Program-made: the position numbers and the translations under genes
The notes under the pieces: generated by a model
Seen by the model: only the letters and a program-made list of their open reading frames with translations
Databases searched by the model: none
What the model was told of the DNA's origin: nothing
Source of the DNA: Candidatus Bathyarchaeota archaeon RBG_16_48_13
Lineage (GTDB): Archaea > Thermoproteota > Bathyarchaeia > RBG-16-48-13
Reading direction: 5' to 3'
NCBI GenBank assembly: GCA_001775995.1
Contig: MEZH01000004.1
Coordinates: 50,313 to 114,312, forward strand
Length of the DNA: 64,000 nt
Shown here: in pieces, positions 1 to 9,880 of the stretch
Numbering within the stretch: the first letter of the stretch is position 1
How the letters are laid out: every line of letters begins with the position of its first letter

Positions 1-22
1 CTTAGGCAGATCATAGCAGGCC

Positions 23-625
23 TCATTTCATTTGTTTTCGAAGATTTCTTGTCAAGTAGCCTGAGAAGCTCTTGTTCCTTCTCAAGACATAACATATTAC
101 TGATAATATGACCAACTCTCCCCAAGCCTTGACTTCCACACTGATCAGAAACGGAAGAGAGAACCATCCGAAGAAGAGCGGGACGAGTGTCATGAAGAAT
201 ATCGCCGTGTACAAAGACTCCGGAATATAACTGAGGAGCACGGTCGGAACTACCCTAAGGAAACTGCGGTCAGATCTGAGGACGCTGAAGGCGTTGGAAA
301 GCCAACCTGCCGTCAATCCCGTCAGGGCTTTTCCAATTGGGATCCCGATCAAGCTCAACAGCCCAAGGTTTCCTCCGATGAAACCGAAATAGATTCCTGC
401 GAAGACCCCGCCTAGGGCACCCGTGGCGAAACCGGTTAGTGGGCCGCCGTAGATGGCCGCAATCAGGGTTGCCAAGTGGGACAAGTCAAGGCCTATTGGA
501 CCGACATTTGCCAGAAATAGTGATAACGCAGAAAGTATGTTGCCTAGGGCGCTCATCATGCAGATTAGCGCAATCTGTTTTGTTTTGTGTGGGGAGCTAT
601 TCAAGCGTTGGCCACGACCAGACAT
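23..625 (-). CDS. Polytopic membrane protein, function unknown (ECF S-component-like)
   Basis: 200-aa ORF with 5-6 Gly-rich hydrophobic segments (LIAAIYGGPLTGFATGALGGVFAGIYFGFIGG). No diagnostic motif recognised. Confidence 0.45.
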   Translation of the reverse strand: MSGRGQRLNSSPHKTKQIALICMMSALGNILSALSLFLANVGPIGLDLSHLATLIAAIYGGPLTGFATGALGGVFAGIYFGFIGGNLGLLSLIGIPIGKALTGLTAGWLSNAFSVLRSDRSFLRVVPTVLLSYIPESLYTAIFFMTLVPLFFGWFSLPFLISVEVKAWGELVILSVICYVLRRNKSFSGYLTRNLRKQMK

Positions 626-691
626 GGTAGAATGGGGATCTAAAACTTATAAAAGCGTTCTTACCCAATAATAGGTAATTGATCGTTGAAA

Positions 692-964
692 CTAAGCGGC
701 TTTCAGTAAGGCTTCAACAAAATCCTCAGGGGTAACCCCTGGGCTGAATATCCCCATCTCTTTGTAGAAGTCATTGACCTTCGCCAATAATTCTTCCCTG
801 ATCAGTTTCATTCCAACGAGTTCCTTTTCTAAAAACCATAAGCTATCTTCTGGATAAAGGAAGAAATCACCTGAAATGACGGCTTTCTGGATTATGCCAC
901 CTTCCTCGTCAACACTGACCTTTATTAACCCTTTTCGCGCTTTGTGTTGCCCCTCGGTTCTCAT
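692..964 (-). CDS. Stand-alone lipoate-protein ligase C-terminal domain protein (LplB-like)
   Basis: 90 aa. The VISGDFFLYPED...L motif is typical of the LplA C-terminal domain. 4-nt overlap with the upstream gene. Confidence 0.6.
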   Translation of the reverse strand: MRTEGQHKARKGLIKVSVDEEGGIIQKAVISGDFFLYPEDSLWFLEKELVGMKLIREELLAKVNDFYKEMGIFSPGVTPEDFVEALLKAA

Positions 965-1650
965 GGAGTCTCACTTGCCTGCCTCACAGCTATGACACGG
1001 ACTTCATCGGCTGTATTCTCGCACCAGTCAGCTACGTTCTCAAGAGAATCCAAGAATTCTGAGAGCAAGATGACGGCTCCTATCTTCAAGTCTCCTTCGT
1101 CGATCTTCGCAAGGAGCCTTCTAGCCTCTTCGTATTGCTCATCCACTTTCTCTTCTATCCTCTCAACTTGGTCGCCCAGATCCAAGACCTCTTTAGAGCT
1201 CTTTCCCAGTCGATTTATGCTGTCTGCAAGCACTGAAACGCAGCTGCGAATCGCGGTGGCCATTTCCATGGAGATCTCTTTGAGTCCCTTTGGAACTTTG
1301 CTGAATTCTGGGAGCAAGATCGCCAGAAGGCGGGCAGCGTCTTTTGACCAATCGGCTATCCAATCTATCGTCCTCACGAGGCGCATCAAATCCTCCCTAT
1401 CTGAAGATGGCAATTCTCCCTTTGCCAGTTCATCCGCTATCTTTCTCCTTAGGAAGTCAGCCTCCTTTTCCATCTGCGAGACTCTCTTTATGCTAGCCTC
1501 TGCCTCTTGATAATCTCCTTTGTCGGAAGAGTTGATGGCTTTAGATAGTTCATCCGCGCAACTGAGGGTCAAGGCGAGATGATCGCGCATTGACTTCAGG
1601 GCTTGCGATTCTCTTCTTTTGGTTAACCATCCTAGGAGTGCATCGCTCAT
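961..1650 (-). CDS. DUF47 / PhoU-like family protein
   Basis: Helical protein with EKEADxLRRKI and DxxDxxxDxA patterns of the TIGR00153/DUF47 family. The ORF runs to 1719, but the ATG at 1650 has a GAGG about 10 nt upstream. Confidence 0.6.
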   Translation of the reverse strand: MSDALLGWLTKRRESQALKSMRDHLALTLSCADELSKAINSSDKGDYQEAEASIKRVSQMEKEADFLRRKIADELAKGELPSSDREDLMRLVRTIDWIADWSKDAARLLAILLPEFSKVPKGLKEISMEMATAIRSCVSVLADSINRLGKSSKEVLDLGDQVERIEEKVDEQYEEARRLLAKIDEGDLKIGAVILLSEFLDSLENVADWCENTADEVRVIAVRQASETP

Positions 1651-1754
1651 GAGGATCCTCAGACAATACATTAGCACGCAAACATATATTAATCTAGTAG
1701 AGAGTTTTCGACAAGACATTTATGTTAATAGGTTATCATGCCTCTGATTGACAA

Positions 1755-3452
1755 GTGACGGTAGAGAGATTGCCAGGAACGAACAATGCATTCAGAAGAT
1801 TCCTGACTTCGAGGTGGTTCCGACGCTTCTGGTACTCTATGATAATACTCTTTTTTCTACTCTTCGTCTTGATACCAAGCACCTTCGTCTTATCTCATCT
1901 CATCTCTGGCTGGGACAAGATCAGCGCTGAAGTGTTAGGAGATGGCCAAATGATTAGCACAATCTCGAATGGAATCATGACCTCCTTTAAGCTGGCCGGT
2001 GCGGTCACAATCATTGATTTCATAGCGGGCCTTCCTATGGCTTGGCTCCTAAACAGAGGTCACTTCAAGGGGAGGAGATATCTAGATACGCTCATCGATC
2101 TACCTCTGGTTGTCCCTACGTCAGCCTTGGGTTTCTCTGTTGCGTTGTTCTGGGCAACCCCCGGGGGATTCGCATTCTTCTTTAATTCCCCAACAGGAGC
2201 TATCACATCCAGTTTCATCCTTCTTATGTTGGTTCACGTGGCCTTCTCTTATCCTTACATGGTGAGAACTCTCAGCGCATCTCTGGAAGAGATTGATATA
2301 ACTTACGAAATAGCTGGAAGAACGTTAGGAGCATCTCCTTTAACCGCCATTCGAACCATTACACTGCCTCTATTCCGAGGGGGAATAGTCTCTGGAACCA
2401 TCTTGTCTTTTGGGAGGAGCATAAGTGAGACAGGTGCTACGGTGTTGGCACTGTCTATTGTCGGAGCGTCGCAAGCCGATGGAACCGCTCCCGTTTTGAT
2501 CGCAGGTTGGCGGAAGCTCATAAATGAGGGGGGTTCAATGGCCGAGAAATACATAACGGCAAGCGCGTTCACAAGCGTATTGCTCATTATTCTTGCGCTG
2601 GTCCTATTGACGCTTGTCATGATAATCATAAAGAAGTTTAAACTTCCCATCAAGAAAGTATGGCCAGCCCAAGAAAAAATGTTAAGCGGAAGAATCTTCA
2701 AGTATCTGAGAGATGCTTCGTCCAACATCTTTCTCATACTCGCGGTCTTGATCCCAGCATTCTTCATCTTCATCTTCTTCTTCAGGGGATTAGCCCAAGG
2801 CAATAGCCTGGCGGGGATTGATCTAGCAGGCTTTCTAAATAGTCTCTTCGCATCCTTTCTTATCGCTAGCATTGTGACTGTGGTGAATATGGGGTTAGGT
2901 ATTCCAATGGCAATCTTGATCGCGCGCAAGAAAGCTGGAACAGTCACACAACCCCTAGACGTCCTCATCAACATCCCAATGATCATACCCTCAACAGCTC
3001 TGGGATTCTCTCTAGGACTGTTTTGGTCAGGTATTGGAGGAGGCTTATCATCGCTCGCGAACGCGGATTTCTTGCTGATAGTCCTTGCTCACATCGCCTT
3101 CACTTACCCGTTCATCGTTAGGACCGTCTCCAGCGCAATATCAGACATAGACATTTCTTTCGAGGAAGCTGCCAGGACTCTTGGTGCGAATCCCTTGCAA
3201 GTTTTCCGTAAAATAATATTTCCCCTAGCCAAACCCTCGATAATGGCTGGAGCCATCATGATGTTCGCTCGCAGCCTCGGCGAGACAGGGGCAACATTGG
3301 CAGTCGCTTCGACAGCCGTAACCACCCCGGTCTATATTGTCAAACTAGTAAACGAAAATGCCCTCTTCGAAGCAGCCTTGGCTTGTATAATACTGATCGG
3401 GATTTCCTACATAATACTCATGGGTCTTCGGCGCCTCTCATCCGGGAAGTGA
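1755..3452 (+). CDS. ABC transporter permease, fused double transmembrane domain (FbpB/CysTW type)
   Basis: 565 aa with two internal repeats. Each repeat has the EAA-loop region (AGRTLGASPL...SISETGAT and AARTLGANPL...SLGETGAT). Confidence 0.85.
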   Translation: MTVERLPGTNNAFRRFLTSRWFRRFWYSMIILFFLLFVLIPSTFVLSHLISGWDKISAEVLGDGQMISTISNGIMTSFKLAGAVTIIDFIAGLPMAWLLNRGHFKGRRYLDTLIDLPLVVPTSALGFSVALFWATPGGFAFFFNSPTGAITSSFILLMLVHVAFSYPYMVRTLSASLEEIDITYEIAGRTLGASPLTAIRTITLPLFRGGIVSGTILSFGRSISETGATVLALSIVGASQADGTAPVLIAGWRKLINEGGSMAEKYITASAFTSVLLIILALVLLTLVMIIIKKFKLPIKKVWPAQEKMLSGRIFKYLRDASSNIFLILAVLIPAFFIFIFFFRGLAQGNSLAGIDLAGFLNSLFASFLIASIVTVVNMGLGIPMAILIARKKAGTVTQPLDVLINIPMIIPSTALGFSLGLFWSGIGGGLSSLANADFLLIVLAHIAFTYPFIVRTVSSAISDIDISFEEAARTLGANPLQVFRKIIFPLAKPSIMAGAIMMFARSLGETGATLAVASTAVTTPVYIVKLVNENALFEAALACIILIGISYIILMGLRRLSSGK

Positions 3453-3458
3453 TGAAGA

Positions 3459-4568
3459 TTGCACGAAATATCACTCCACAATGTCAAGAAGAGATACGGG
3501 ACTATTACGGCACTTGATGATGTCAGCTTTGATATTGAGAAGGGAGAATACGTTACGATATTGGGTCCTACGGGCAGTGGCAAGACAACTATTCTAAAGC
3601 TGCTGGCCGGTTTGATAGAACCCAACGAAGGGGAGGTCAGATTCAAGGGTAGAAGAGTAAATGAACTGTGTCCTGAGGAAAGAGACGTTGGATTGGTCTT
3701 TCAGAATTTCATGCTTTTTCCGCACCTTAATGTCTGGGAAAACGTAACTTTCGGCCCACACATGAGAGGATGGGCACGTGAAAAAACCGACAAATTAGGT
3801 CGCCAGATGCTAGATCTGGTGCATCTCTTCAACAGGGCATTGTCATATCCAAATGAGTTGAGTGGAGGCATGCAACAGAGGATCGCTCTAGCTCGAACTC
3901 TGACACCAGGTTCCAAGATAATGTTGATGGACGAACCCCTTGGAGCATTGGATGCCAGATTAAGGGTAGAGTTGCGATATGAGTTGGTCAGGTTGATGAA
4001 GGGTCTAGGCATTACGACAATTCACGTCACTCATGACCAAGAGGAGGCCATGACTATCTCAGATAAGATAATGGTCCTGAGGAGAGGGAAGATTGAACAG
4101 ATCGGCGCGCCGATGGAACTCTTCTTGAGACCGAGATCAATCTTCGTGGCGAATTTCGTTGGCGAATCAAACTTCATAGAGGGGATAATCAGTGAAATCA
4201 AAGATAGCTTCTTGAAAGTAGAGTTGAAGGATGGGCTGACTGTAGTAGTCCCGTCGGTCGACGGCGCAGCTTTGGGAGAGAGGATAGTCATTGCACTGAA
4301 GCCCGAAAATGTCTCAATCCAGAAGGGCGTGACAAAGGGGATCAACCACATACAGGGGGTCATTGAGAGGAGGAGTTTCTTAGGTACATTCGTAAAATAC
4401 TCTGTCAGGCTGGAAACCGGAGATTTGATCAACTCAAAAGTCCTCACCCTGCAAAAGGATAAGACATTAGAAATGGGTGACAAAAGCACCGTTTCATTCA
4501 GATCCAACGAAGCAGTCGTATATCATCACCCCAAAGATGGCGTTCGGCGGGAGTTGGAGGTGGAGTAG
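3459..4568 (+). CDS. ABC transporter ATP-binding protein (PotA/FbpC-like with C-terminal TOBE-like domain)
   Basis: Walker A GPTGSGKTT, signature LSGGMQQR, Walker B IMLMDEPLGALD, and HVTHDQEEA. Confidence 0.9.
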   Translation: MHEISLHNVKKRYGTITALDDVSFDIEKGEYVTILGPTGSGKTTILKLLAGLIEPNEGEVRFKGRRVNELCPEERDVGLVFQNFMLFPHLNVWENVTFGPHMRGWAREKTDKLGRQMLDLVHLFNRALSYPNELSGGMQQRIALARTLTPGSKIMLMDEPLGALDARLRVELRYELVRLMKGLGITTIHVTHDQEEAMTISDKIMVLRRGKIEQIGAPMELFLRPRSIFVANFVGESNFIEGIISEIKDSFLKVELKDGLTVVVPSVDGAALGERIVIALKPENVSIQKGVTKGINHIQGVIERRSFLGTFVKYSVRLETGDLINSKVLTLQKDKTLEMGDKSTVSFRSNEAVVYHHPKDGVRRELEVE

Positions 4569-5669
4569 ATGCCCGAAGTCAGTCTCGTCGGGGTCTCAAA
4601 GAGTTTTGATTCCATAATCGCGGTGGAAGACTTCACCTTGAAGATTGAGGACGGTGAATATGTAACCTTCTTGGGACCATCAGGTTGCGGAAAGACAACA
4701 GTGCTAAAAATGGTGGCTGGACTCCATGAGCCCGATAGGGGTGAGATTTGGATCGGCAAAAACCCGGCGAGAGGAATTCCTCCGGAAGATAGAAATGTAG
4801 GCTACGTCTTCCAGAACATTCTGCTCTTCCCTCACATGGACGTTTTGGGGAACGTGACATATGGTCCGAGGGTGAAGGATTGGCCCCCTCAAAAGACCAC
4901 GGAACTCGCTCACGAAATATTGGCCCTGGCTGGACTCTCAGCTAGATCTAAATCCCTACCAAAAGAGTTGAGCGGTGGCATGCAACAGAAGGCCGCCGTA
5001 TCACGAGCACTAATATCTGGCGCAAGCCTCCTATTGCTGGACGAGCCGTTGGCAGCTCTTGACGCAAAGGTTAGGGCAGAACTCAGGAATGAGTTGAAGC
5101 GAATAGTCAAAGAACTGGGTCTGACAGCTATCCACGTAACGCACGATCAAGAGGAGGCATTGGCAATCTCGGATAAGATTGTTGTAATGAAGAAGGGAAG
5201 AATAGTCGAAGTAGGAACACCGGAAGAAGTCTATCTCAATCCAAAAAACATTTTCACGGCCAATTTCATCGGTGAAGCGAATTTCCTTGAAGGAAAAGCA
5301 GTCTCTGGAGGAGACAAATGGGAAATAGAGATAGCCAGAGGCCTCAAGATCGCAACATGCAATGAAGTTCCCGCCGGCGATCGTCTTGTTATTGCTGTGA
5401 GGCCGGAGCACATTGTTATCGACAAAGGCCAACGAAAAGAAAGAAACGTGTTTGATGGAAAGATTGAAGATGTCAGGTTCTTGGGTGGCTTGGTGAGGTT
5501 CGAAATCAAGATTGAGAACAATCTGCTGCTAGCGGTTAAAGCACCTTTTGCTTCCTTTGAAAAGTTTCCGCAAATAGATGATCAGATGACCATCAGCTTT
5601 GACCCATCCCGAGTCTTGGTCTACAAATACCCAGAACGCGGGATGGCGAGCGAACTTGCCCTGGAGTAA
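4569..5669 (+). CDS. Second ABC transporter ATP-binding protein (paralogue of the preceding gene)
   Basis: GPSGCGKTT, LSGGMQQK, LLLLDEPLAALD, HVTHDQEEA. The start abuts the previous stop. Confidence 0.9.
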   Translation: MPEVSLVGVSKSFDSIIAVEDFTLKIEDGEYVTFLGPSGCGKTTVLKMVAGLHEPDRGEIWIGKNPARGIPPEDRNVGYVFQNILLFPHMDVLGNVTYGPRVKDWPPQKTTELAHEILALAGLSARSKSLPKELSGGMQQKAAVSRALISGASLLLLDEPLAALDAKVRAELRNELKRIVKELGLTAIHVTHDQEEALAISDKIVVMKKGRIVEVGTPEEVYLNPKNIFTANFIGEANFLEGKAVSGGDKWEIEIARGLKIATCNEVPAGDRLVIAVRPEHIVIDKGQRKERNVFDGKIEDVRFLGGLVRFEIKIENNLLLAVKAPFASFEKFPQIDDQMTISFDPSRVLVYKYPERGMASELALE

Positions 5670-5676
5670 CCAGGTC

Positions 5677-6675
5677 TCAGCGCCGATCGATTATGTCAGT
5701 TGCCTCAGGACCGGTGCCTATCAAGTCCACTGGGACTCCAAGTCTCCGTTCAATCTGATCCACGAACTCTTTCGCTTCATTTGGGAGGTCATCATATCTA
5801 TCAGTGTGGCTACATGTCGGGAATAACACATCAAACTTGGTGACGGCAAGTGACGTGGCACCGTTGAGCGAAACCGCTCTCTGGGCCAGGTCAAAATTGA
5901 AGGGAGCGGCTCGTCTCTTGCGCCCTGTGACAGTCCCTGTTTCAGCCCATCCTCTTTTGATTACCTCTTTTTCAGGCAACTCACCAGGCAAATATCCAGC
6001 ACCTACCCGCGTCATATACGCCTTGAATACGAGTAGAACGTTGTTAACGCTGGTTGGCCCTATGCCAACTTCACTACAAAGGGCTGAGGCAGTAGTGTCC
6101 CTGCCAGTGCAATAAGGATAAGTTCCGTGGAATAAGGATAGGAATGTACCCTGGGTCCCCTCTACTACTACCTTTCTTCCGTCGTCCAAGGCTTTATTTA
6201 GTTCTCCAGGAACATCGGCTAGGAAAGGCTTCAACTCATCGATGTCTTTTGCGAGTCTCGCGACTCTTTTCACCCTGTCTTCAAGAGCGGGTCCCACGCC
6301 GCTCCCTGTTGTTCCTATCTGCTTAGACAAGAATGAACTCTCTCTGTCCCGCGAAACGTGTTGGTCTTCAATTATCGAACACTGGTTGTCCAGACCCACC
6401 CTGCCTCTAACCCCCGTCTTCTCCACCTCTTCGATGAAGACCTTTGGAAAAACATTGGCACCTGGTCCAATGAGAAGCCGGCACTTTTCATAGACAAAAG
6501 CGCCGGGGATCATTCTGAGCGAGTACTTCATCTCATGAATGACAACCGTGTGTCCCGCGTTTATTGAGCCCCCTCGAACCGCAAAATCCACTTTGTCCCT
6601 CAGAGCCAAATAGGAGACAATCTTGCCCTTGCCCTCGTCTCCCCAGAATCCTCCCACTACCACCGAACATGGCAA
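5677..6675 (-). CDS. purA: Adenylosuccinate synthetase (short archaeal type)
   Basis: N-terminal GDEGKGK P-loop, INAGHTV, and TTGSGVGP motifs. 332 aa. Confidence 0.9.
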   Translation of the reverse strand: MPCSVVVGGFWGDEGKGKIVSYLALRDKVDFAVRGGSINAGHTVVIHEMKYSLRMIPGAFVYEKCRLLIGPGANVFPKVFIEEVEKTGVRGRVGLDNQCSIIEDQHVSRDRESSFLSKQIGTTGSGVGPALEDRVKRVARLAKDIDELKPFLADVPGELNKALDDGRKVVVEGTQGTFLSLFHGTYPYCTGRDTTASALCSEVGIGPTSVNNVLLVFKAYMTRVGAGYLPGELPEKEVIKRGWAETGTVTGRKRRAAPFNFDLAQRAVSLNGATSLAVTKFDVLFPTCSHTDRYDDLPNEAKEFVDQIERRLGVPVDLIGTGPEATDIIDRR

Positions 6676-6750
6676 AATTAGCTCACCGAGATTTTGTGTG
6701 TCATCAAGGGCTCCTATTAAGGATTATATTGAAAAAAGACAAGCGGTAGA

Positions 6751-7479
6751 TCATATGAGTTTTCTCTGGTAATTCAAGTCGATTATATCTCGCACCGTCT
6801 TCCAGGATTTCCTGACGGCATCTGGGAAACAACCATTATCCTCAAAATATTTTGCCAAGAAAAGTCGCACTTTCATATCATGCGGATAGCCTGACCCGAA
6901 GTCTCCATATACCAGTTTCAGGCTTTCTATGGCGGAGTCTCGCCTCACCTTGGCCAGGATCGAAGCAGCACTGACGACTGGATAGTTTATGTCTGCTTTA
7001 TGTTCCGAAACTACCTTCGTCTTAGTTCTAAGCAGATCCTCGACCTGGCAGCCATACCGATCAGCTAAGACGTCGCATGCGTCCACATAAGCAATATCCG
7101 GATTGAGTTGATCTATGACTCTGGCCATGGCTTTCGCTTCAAGAAAGTTCAGTCTTTGGAATTTCTTCCCTTTGAGAACCGCCTTGTCTATCTCGTCAGG
7201 CAGGATGTATGTATAAGATGATTTCAAGACAACTCCCTCTATCTTAGGGACAAGGAGAAGTCTCTTTCGAAAGGTCAATTGCTTGGAGTCTTTAACTCCC
7301 AAGGATTTCAGGCTTGAGATACCTTTTTCCTCTACGAGTATGCCTGCTATTACCAGGGGACCTATGACGCACCCTCGGCCGGCATCGTCGACCCCCGAAA
7401 CTAGAACCAACCTTTCTCTCCTGGCACTTAAACGAGGCAGTGACTCCGTTGAATAAAACCCTTTAGGGTAATTGCTCAA
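6751..7479 (-). CDS. rnhB: Ribonuclease HII
   Basis: GVDDAGRGCVIGPLV catalytic motif and SAASILAKVRRD. Confidence 0.9.
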   Translation of the reverse strand: MSNYPKGFYSTESLPRLSARRERLVLVSGVDDAGRGCVIGPLVIAGILVEEKGISSLKSLGVKDSKQLTFRKRLLLVPKIEGVVLKSSYTYILPDEIDKAVLKGKKFQRLNFLEAKAMARVIDQLNPDIAYVDACDVLADRYGCQVEDLLRTKTKVVSEHKADINYPVVSAASILAKVRRDSAIESLKLVYGDFGSGYPHDMKVRLFLAKYFEDNGCFPDAVRKSWKTVRDIIDLNYQRKLI

Positions 7480-7509
7480 GAAATGAGCTAGTTGATATGA
7501 GGTTTCAAT

Positions 7510-8712
7510 TTGGAAAACAGATTTGATTTCCCCTTGGAACGAGTCATGGAAGGAAATGCCAGGGTCTATGTACCGGTGGGCAGGGCTCTTGTCAGAAATA
7601 GGTTACGATATAGACCTTCTAGATCGACAGTCTTCTACAATCCTGTAATGAAGCTTAATCGCGATGTGGCTGTGGCCATCTTACAGGTATTTCAACGAAG
7701 TCTCAACGACCGGATCGATGTATGCGAGCCCCTAGGTGGGTCCGGCATCAGAAGTATCCGCTTTTCTTTGGAGGTCGAAGGGGTAAGGAGTATTGTTCTC
7801 AACGACATCAACCCTCTGGCAGCTAACTTGGCACGCTATAATATAGAAAAGAACAATCTGGAGAACATAGTAGAAGTCACAAACCTTAACGCAAACTTGC
7901 TCCTCCAGGAACATTCACGCCCGAAGAGCCGTTTTGACGCTATAGACTTGGATCCTTTCGGTTCTCCCACACCCTTTCTTGATTCGGCATTGTCAGCCCT
8001 TAAGGATGGCGGTCTCATAGCAGCGACCGCAACGGACATGGCACCCCTCTGCGGAGTCCATCCATTGGCATGTCTTAGAAAATATGGTGCGGTACCTCTT
8101 AGAACAGAGTATTGCCATGAATTAGCCGTGCGAATACTTCTGGGATCGATTGCTGTGACAGCAGCACGTCACGATTTTGGCATAAGAGTCCTTGCATCCC
8201 ACAGCACAGATCACTACGTAAGGGCTTATCTTACATGTTATTATGGAGCCAAAAGAGCTGATCAGAGTCTCTTGAGCATGGGATTCATATCCCATTGTTT
8301 TAATTGTTTTCATAGGGAAATAGGCAGGGGATTTGCAACGAAACTTCCTAGCGTTTGTCCAGAATGCGGAGAAATTCTGAGATTATGCGGACCTTTATGG
8401 ATAGGTGCCCTCGCTGATTCAGAATTCTGCGCCCTGATTTTGGAGAAGCTGCATGAGATGGGCTCAGATACGAACGCATCTGTGAGGACCTTTGAAAGGA
8501 TCTCTAAAGAAGCTGATGCACCACCCACTTACTATGTCATAGACAGAATATGCGACAAGTTCAATCTGCCCATTCCAAGAACAGAAGTTGTCATGGAGAA
8601 AATTTTGGAGCGGGGTTACAAGGTGGTGGGAACTCATTTCAATCCAAAAGGTTTGAAGACCGAAAGCCCCGCTCGAGTGGTCAAAGAGGCAATAACCAAC
8701 GGTCAAATATGA
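7510..8712 (+). CDS. trm1: tRNA (guanine26-N2)-dimethyltransferase Trm1
   Basis: FYNPVMKLNRD, DLDPFGSP, and a CxxC...CPECG zinc motif. 400 aa. Confidence 0.9.
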   Translation: MENRFDFPLERVMEGNARVYVPVGRALVRNRLRYRPSRSTVFYNPVMKLNRDVAVAILQVFQRSLNDRIDVCEPLGGSGIRSIRFSLEVEGVRSIVLNDINPLAANLARYNIEKNNLENIVEVTNLNANLLLQEHSRPKSRFDAIDLDPFGSPTPFLDSALSALKDGGLIAATATDMAPLCGVHPLACLRKYGAVPLRTEYCHELAVRILLGSIAVTAARHDFGIRVLASHSTDHYVRAYLTCYYGAKRADQSLLSMGFISHCFNCFHREIGRGFATKLPSVCPECGEILRLCGPLWIGALADSEFCALILEKLHEMGSDTNASVRTFERISKEADAPPTYYVIDRICDKFNLPIPRTEVVMEKILERGYKVVGTHFNPKGLKTESPARVVKEAITNGQI

Positions 8713-8772
8713 GAAATTCTGCCAGACCATTTGGTATAGATAGGATTTCCAATACATAGAGATTTCAGTAGG

Positions 8773-9396
8773 CTATGTATTCCTAACCGCAAACCTTGGG
8801 GAAAGCCCGAGTACATAGATTTCTGAGCTTTGGCTTTTGCTAGCTTTAGGCTTGATAATCTTGACGACTTGGAAAATCAGTCTCAGTTCCTTTAGAAAAT
8901 CATCCAAAAGGTCTCCCTGGAAAACCTTGCAAAAGAAGGCCCCCCCGATTTCTAGAAAGTCCCTTGCTATTTGGAGGGAAGTCTGAGCAAGGTCGAGTTG
9001 GCGGGCGTGATCAACTTCCCAAATTCCTGAAAGGTTTGGTGAGACATCGGAGAGAACGACATCCGCTCTGCCTCCAGAGATCTCCTTCAACCCAGAGACA
9101 GTCTGTGGGTTCTTTATGTCGCCCCTTAAAGATTTGACATTTTGGTCAGGGAAATCTCTTATCGGGGATACATCAACGCCTATCACTAAACCCGTATCAC
9201 CAACGATCTCACGGGCGGCTTGCATCCATCCACCTGGCGCCGCCCCCAAGTCTATCACCGTATCGCCGTTCTTGATAAAATGAAGGTCTTTGTTGGCTTG
9301 TAGGAGTTTGTAAGAAGCCCTGCTTCTGTAGCCCTCTTTTTTGGCGAGCCTATAGAAAAAGTCGCGTCTCTTCTCGAGGAGCCGATTACTTGGCAA
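8773..9396 (-). CDS. rlmE: 23S rRNA U2552 2'-O-methyltransferase (RlmE/FtsJ)
   Basis: YRSRASYKL, DLGAAPGGW, and VLSDVSPN motifs. Confidence 0.9.
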   Translation of the reverse strand: MPSNRLLEKRRDFFYRLAKKEGYRSRASYKLLQANKDLHFIKNGDTVIDLGAAPGGWMQAAREIVGDTGLVIGVDVSPIRDFPDQNVKSLRGDIKNPQTVSGLKEISGGRADVVLSDVSPNLSGIWEVDHARQLDLAQTSLQIARDFLEIGGAFFCKVFQGDLLDDFLKELRLIFQVVKIIKPKASKSQSSEIYVLGLSPRFAVRNT

Positions 9397-9399
9397 TAA

Positions 9400-9765
9400 C
9401 TATGTGCCACCAGACTTGGAGGCAAGTTCCATAAGCCAGTTTCTAAGCAGCTCACATGTCGTCGGAGAAATTGAACCCCCAAATTCGCATTTTGGAACAA
9501 GCGCGCAAAGAAGACAAGGTTGAGTCAAGACTGAATCTATGGAGATTGGCTGTCTCTTTGGATATAACCGATAAGTCCATCTTCCTTCCGAGATTTCCTT
9601 TTCTCGGCGGATCAATCCTTTGCTCTCGAGTTTCAATGATACCCGCGAACCTTCGCGGGAACTGGCGTCCAGTTTTCGCCAGAGATCCGACTGAATTATG
9701 CCTTCTCTTCCGCTGTTAATGACTATCTGAAGAGCCACATGCTCCAAGTCATCTCTTCTGGGCAA
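9400..9765 (-). CDS. Winged-helix DNA-binding protein with C-terminal CX2CX5CX10C cluster
   Basis: 121 aa. Winged-helix-like N-terminal half (IIQSDLWRKL...SLKLESKGLIRRE) and four clustered Cys in the C-terminal half. Sits between rlmE and tfb. Confidence 0.5.
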   Translation of the reverse strand: MPRRDDLEHVALQIVINSGREGIIQSDLWRKLDASSREGSRVSLKLESKGLIRREKEISEGRWTYRLYPKRQPISIDSVLTQPCLLCALVPKCEFGGSISPTTCELLRNWLMELASKSGGT

Positions 9766-9880
9766 CGAAGTCCACCGTATTCGTCATATACTAGGAGTTA
9801 GCAGCAATTTAAACCCAATCATCGGGGTTTGTTCATTTCACATTAAAGGCCATATGCTTTGTCTCATGAAACGAAGAAGG

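Noticed and set aside
944-1510. 188-aa + strand ORF
   Set aside because: It lies entirely antisense to the well-supported DUF47 gene and has Ser-rich low-complexity sequence.
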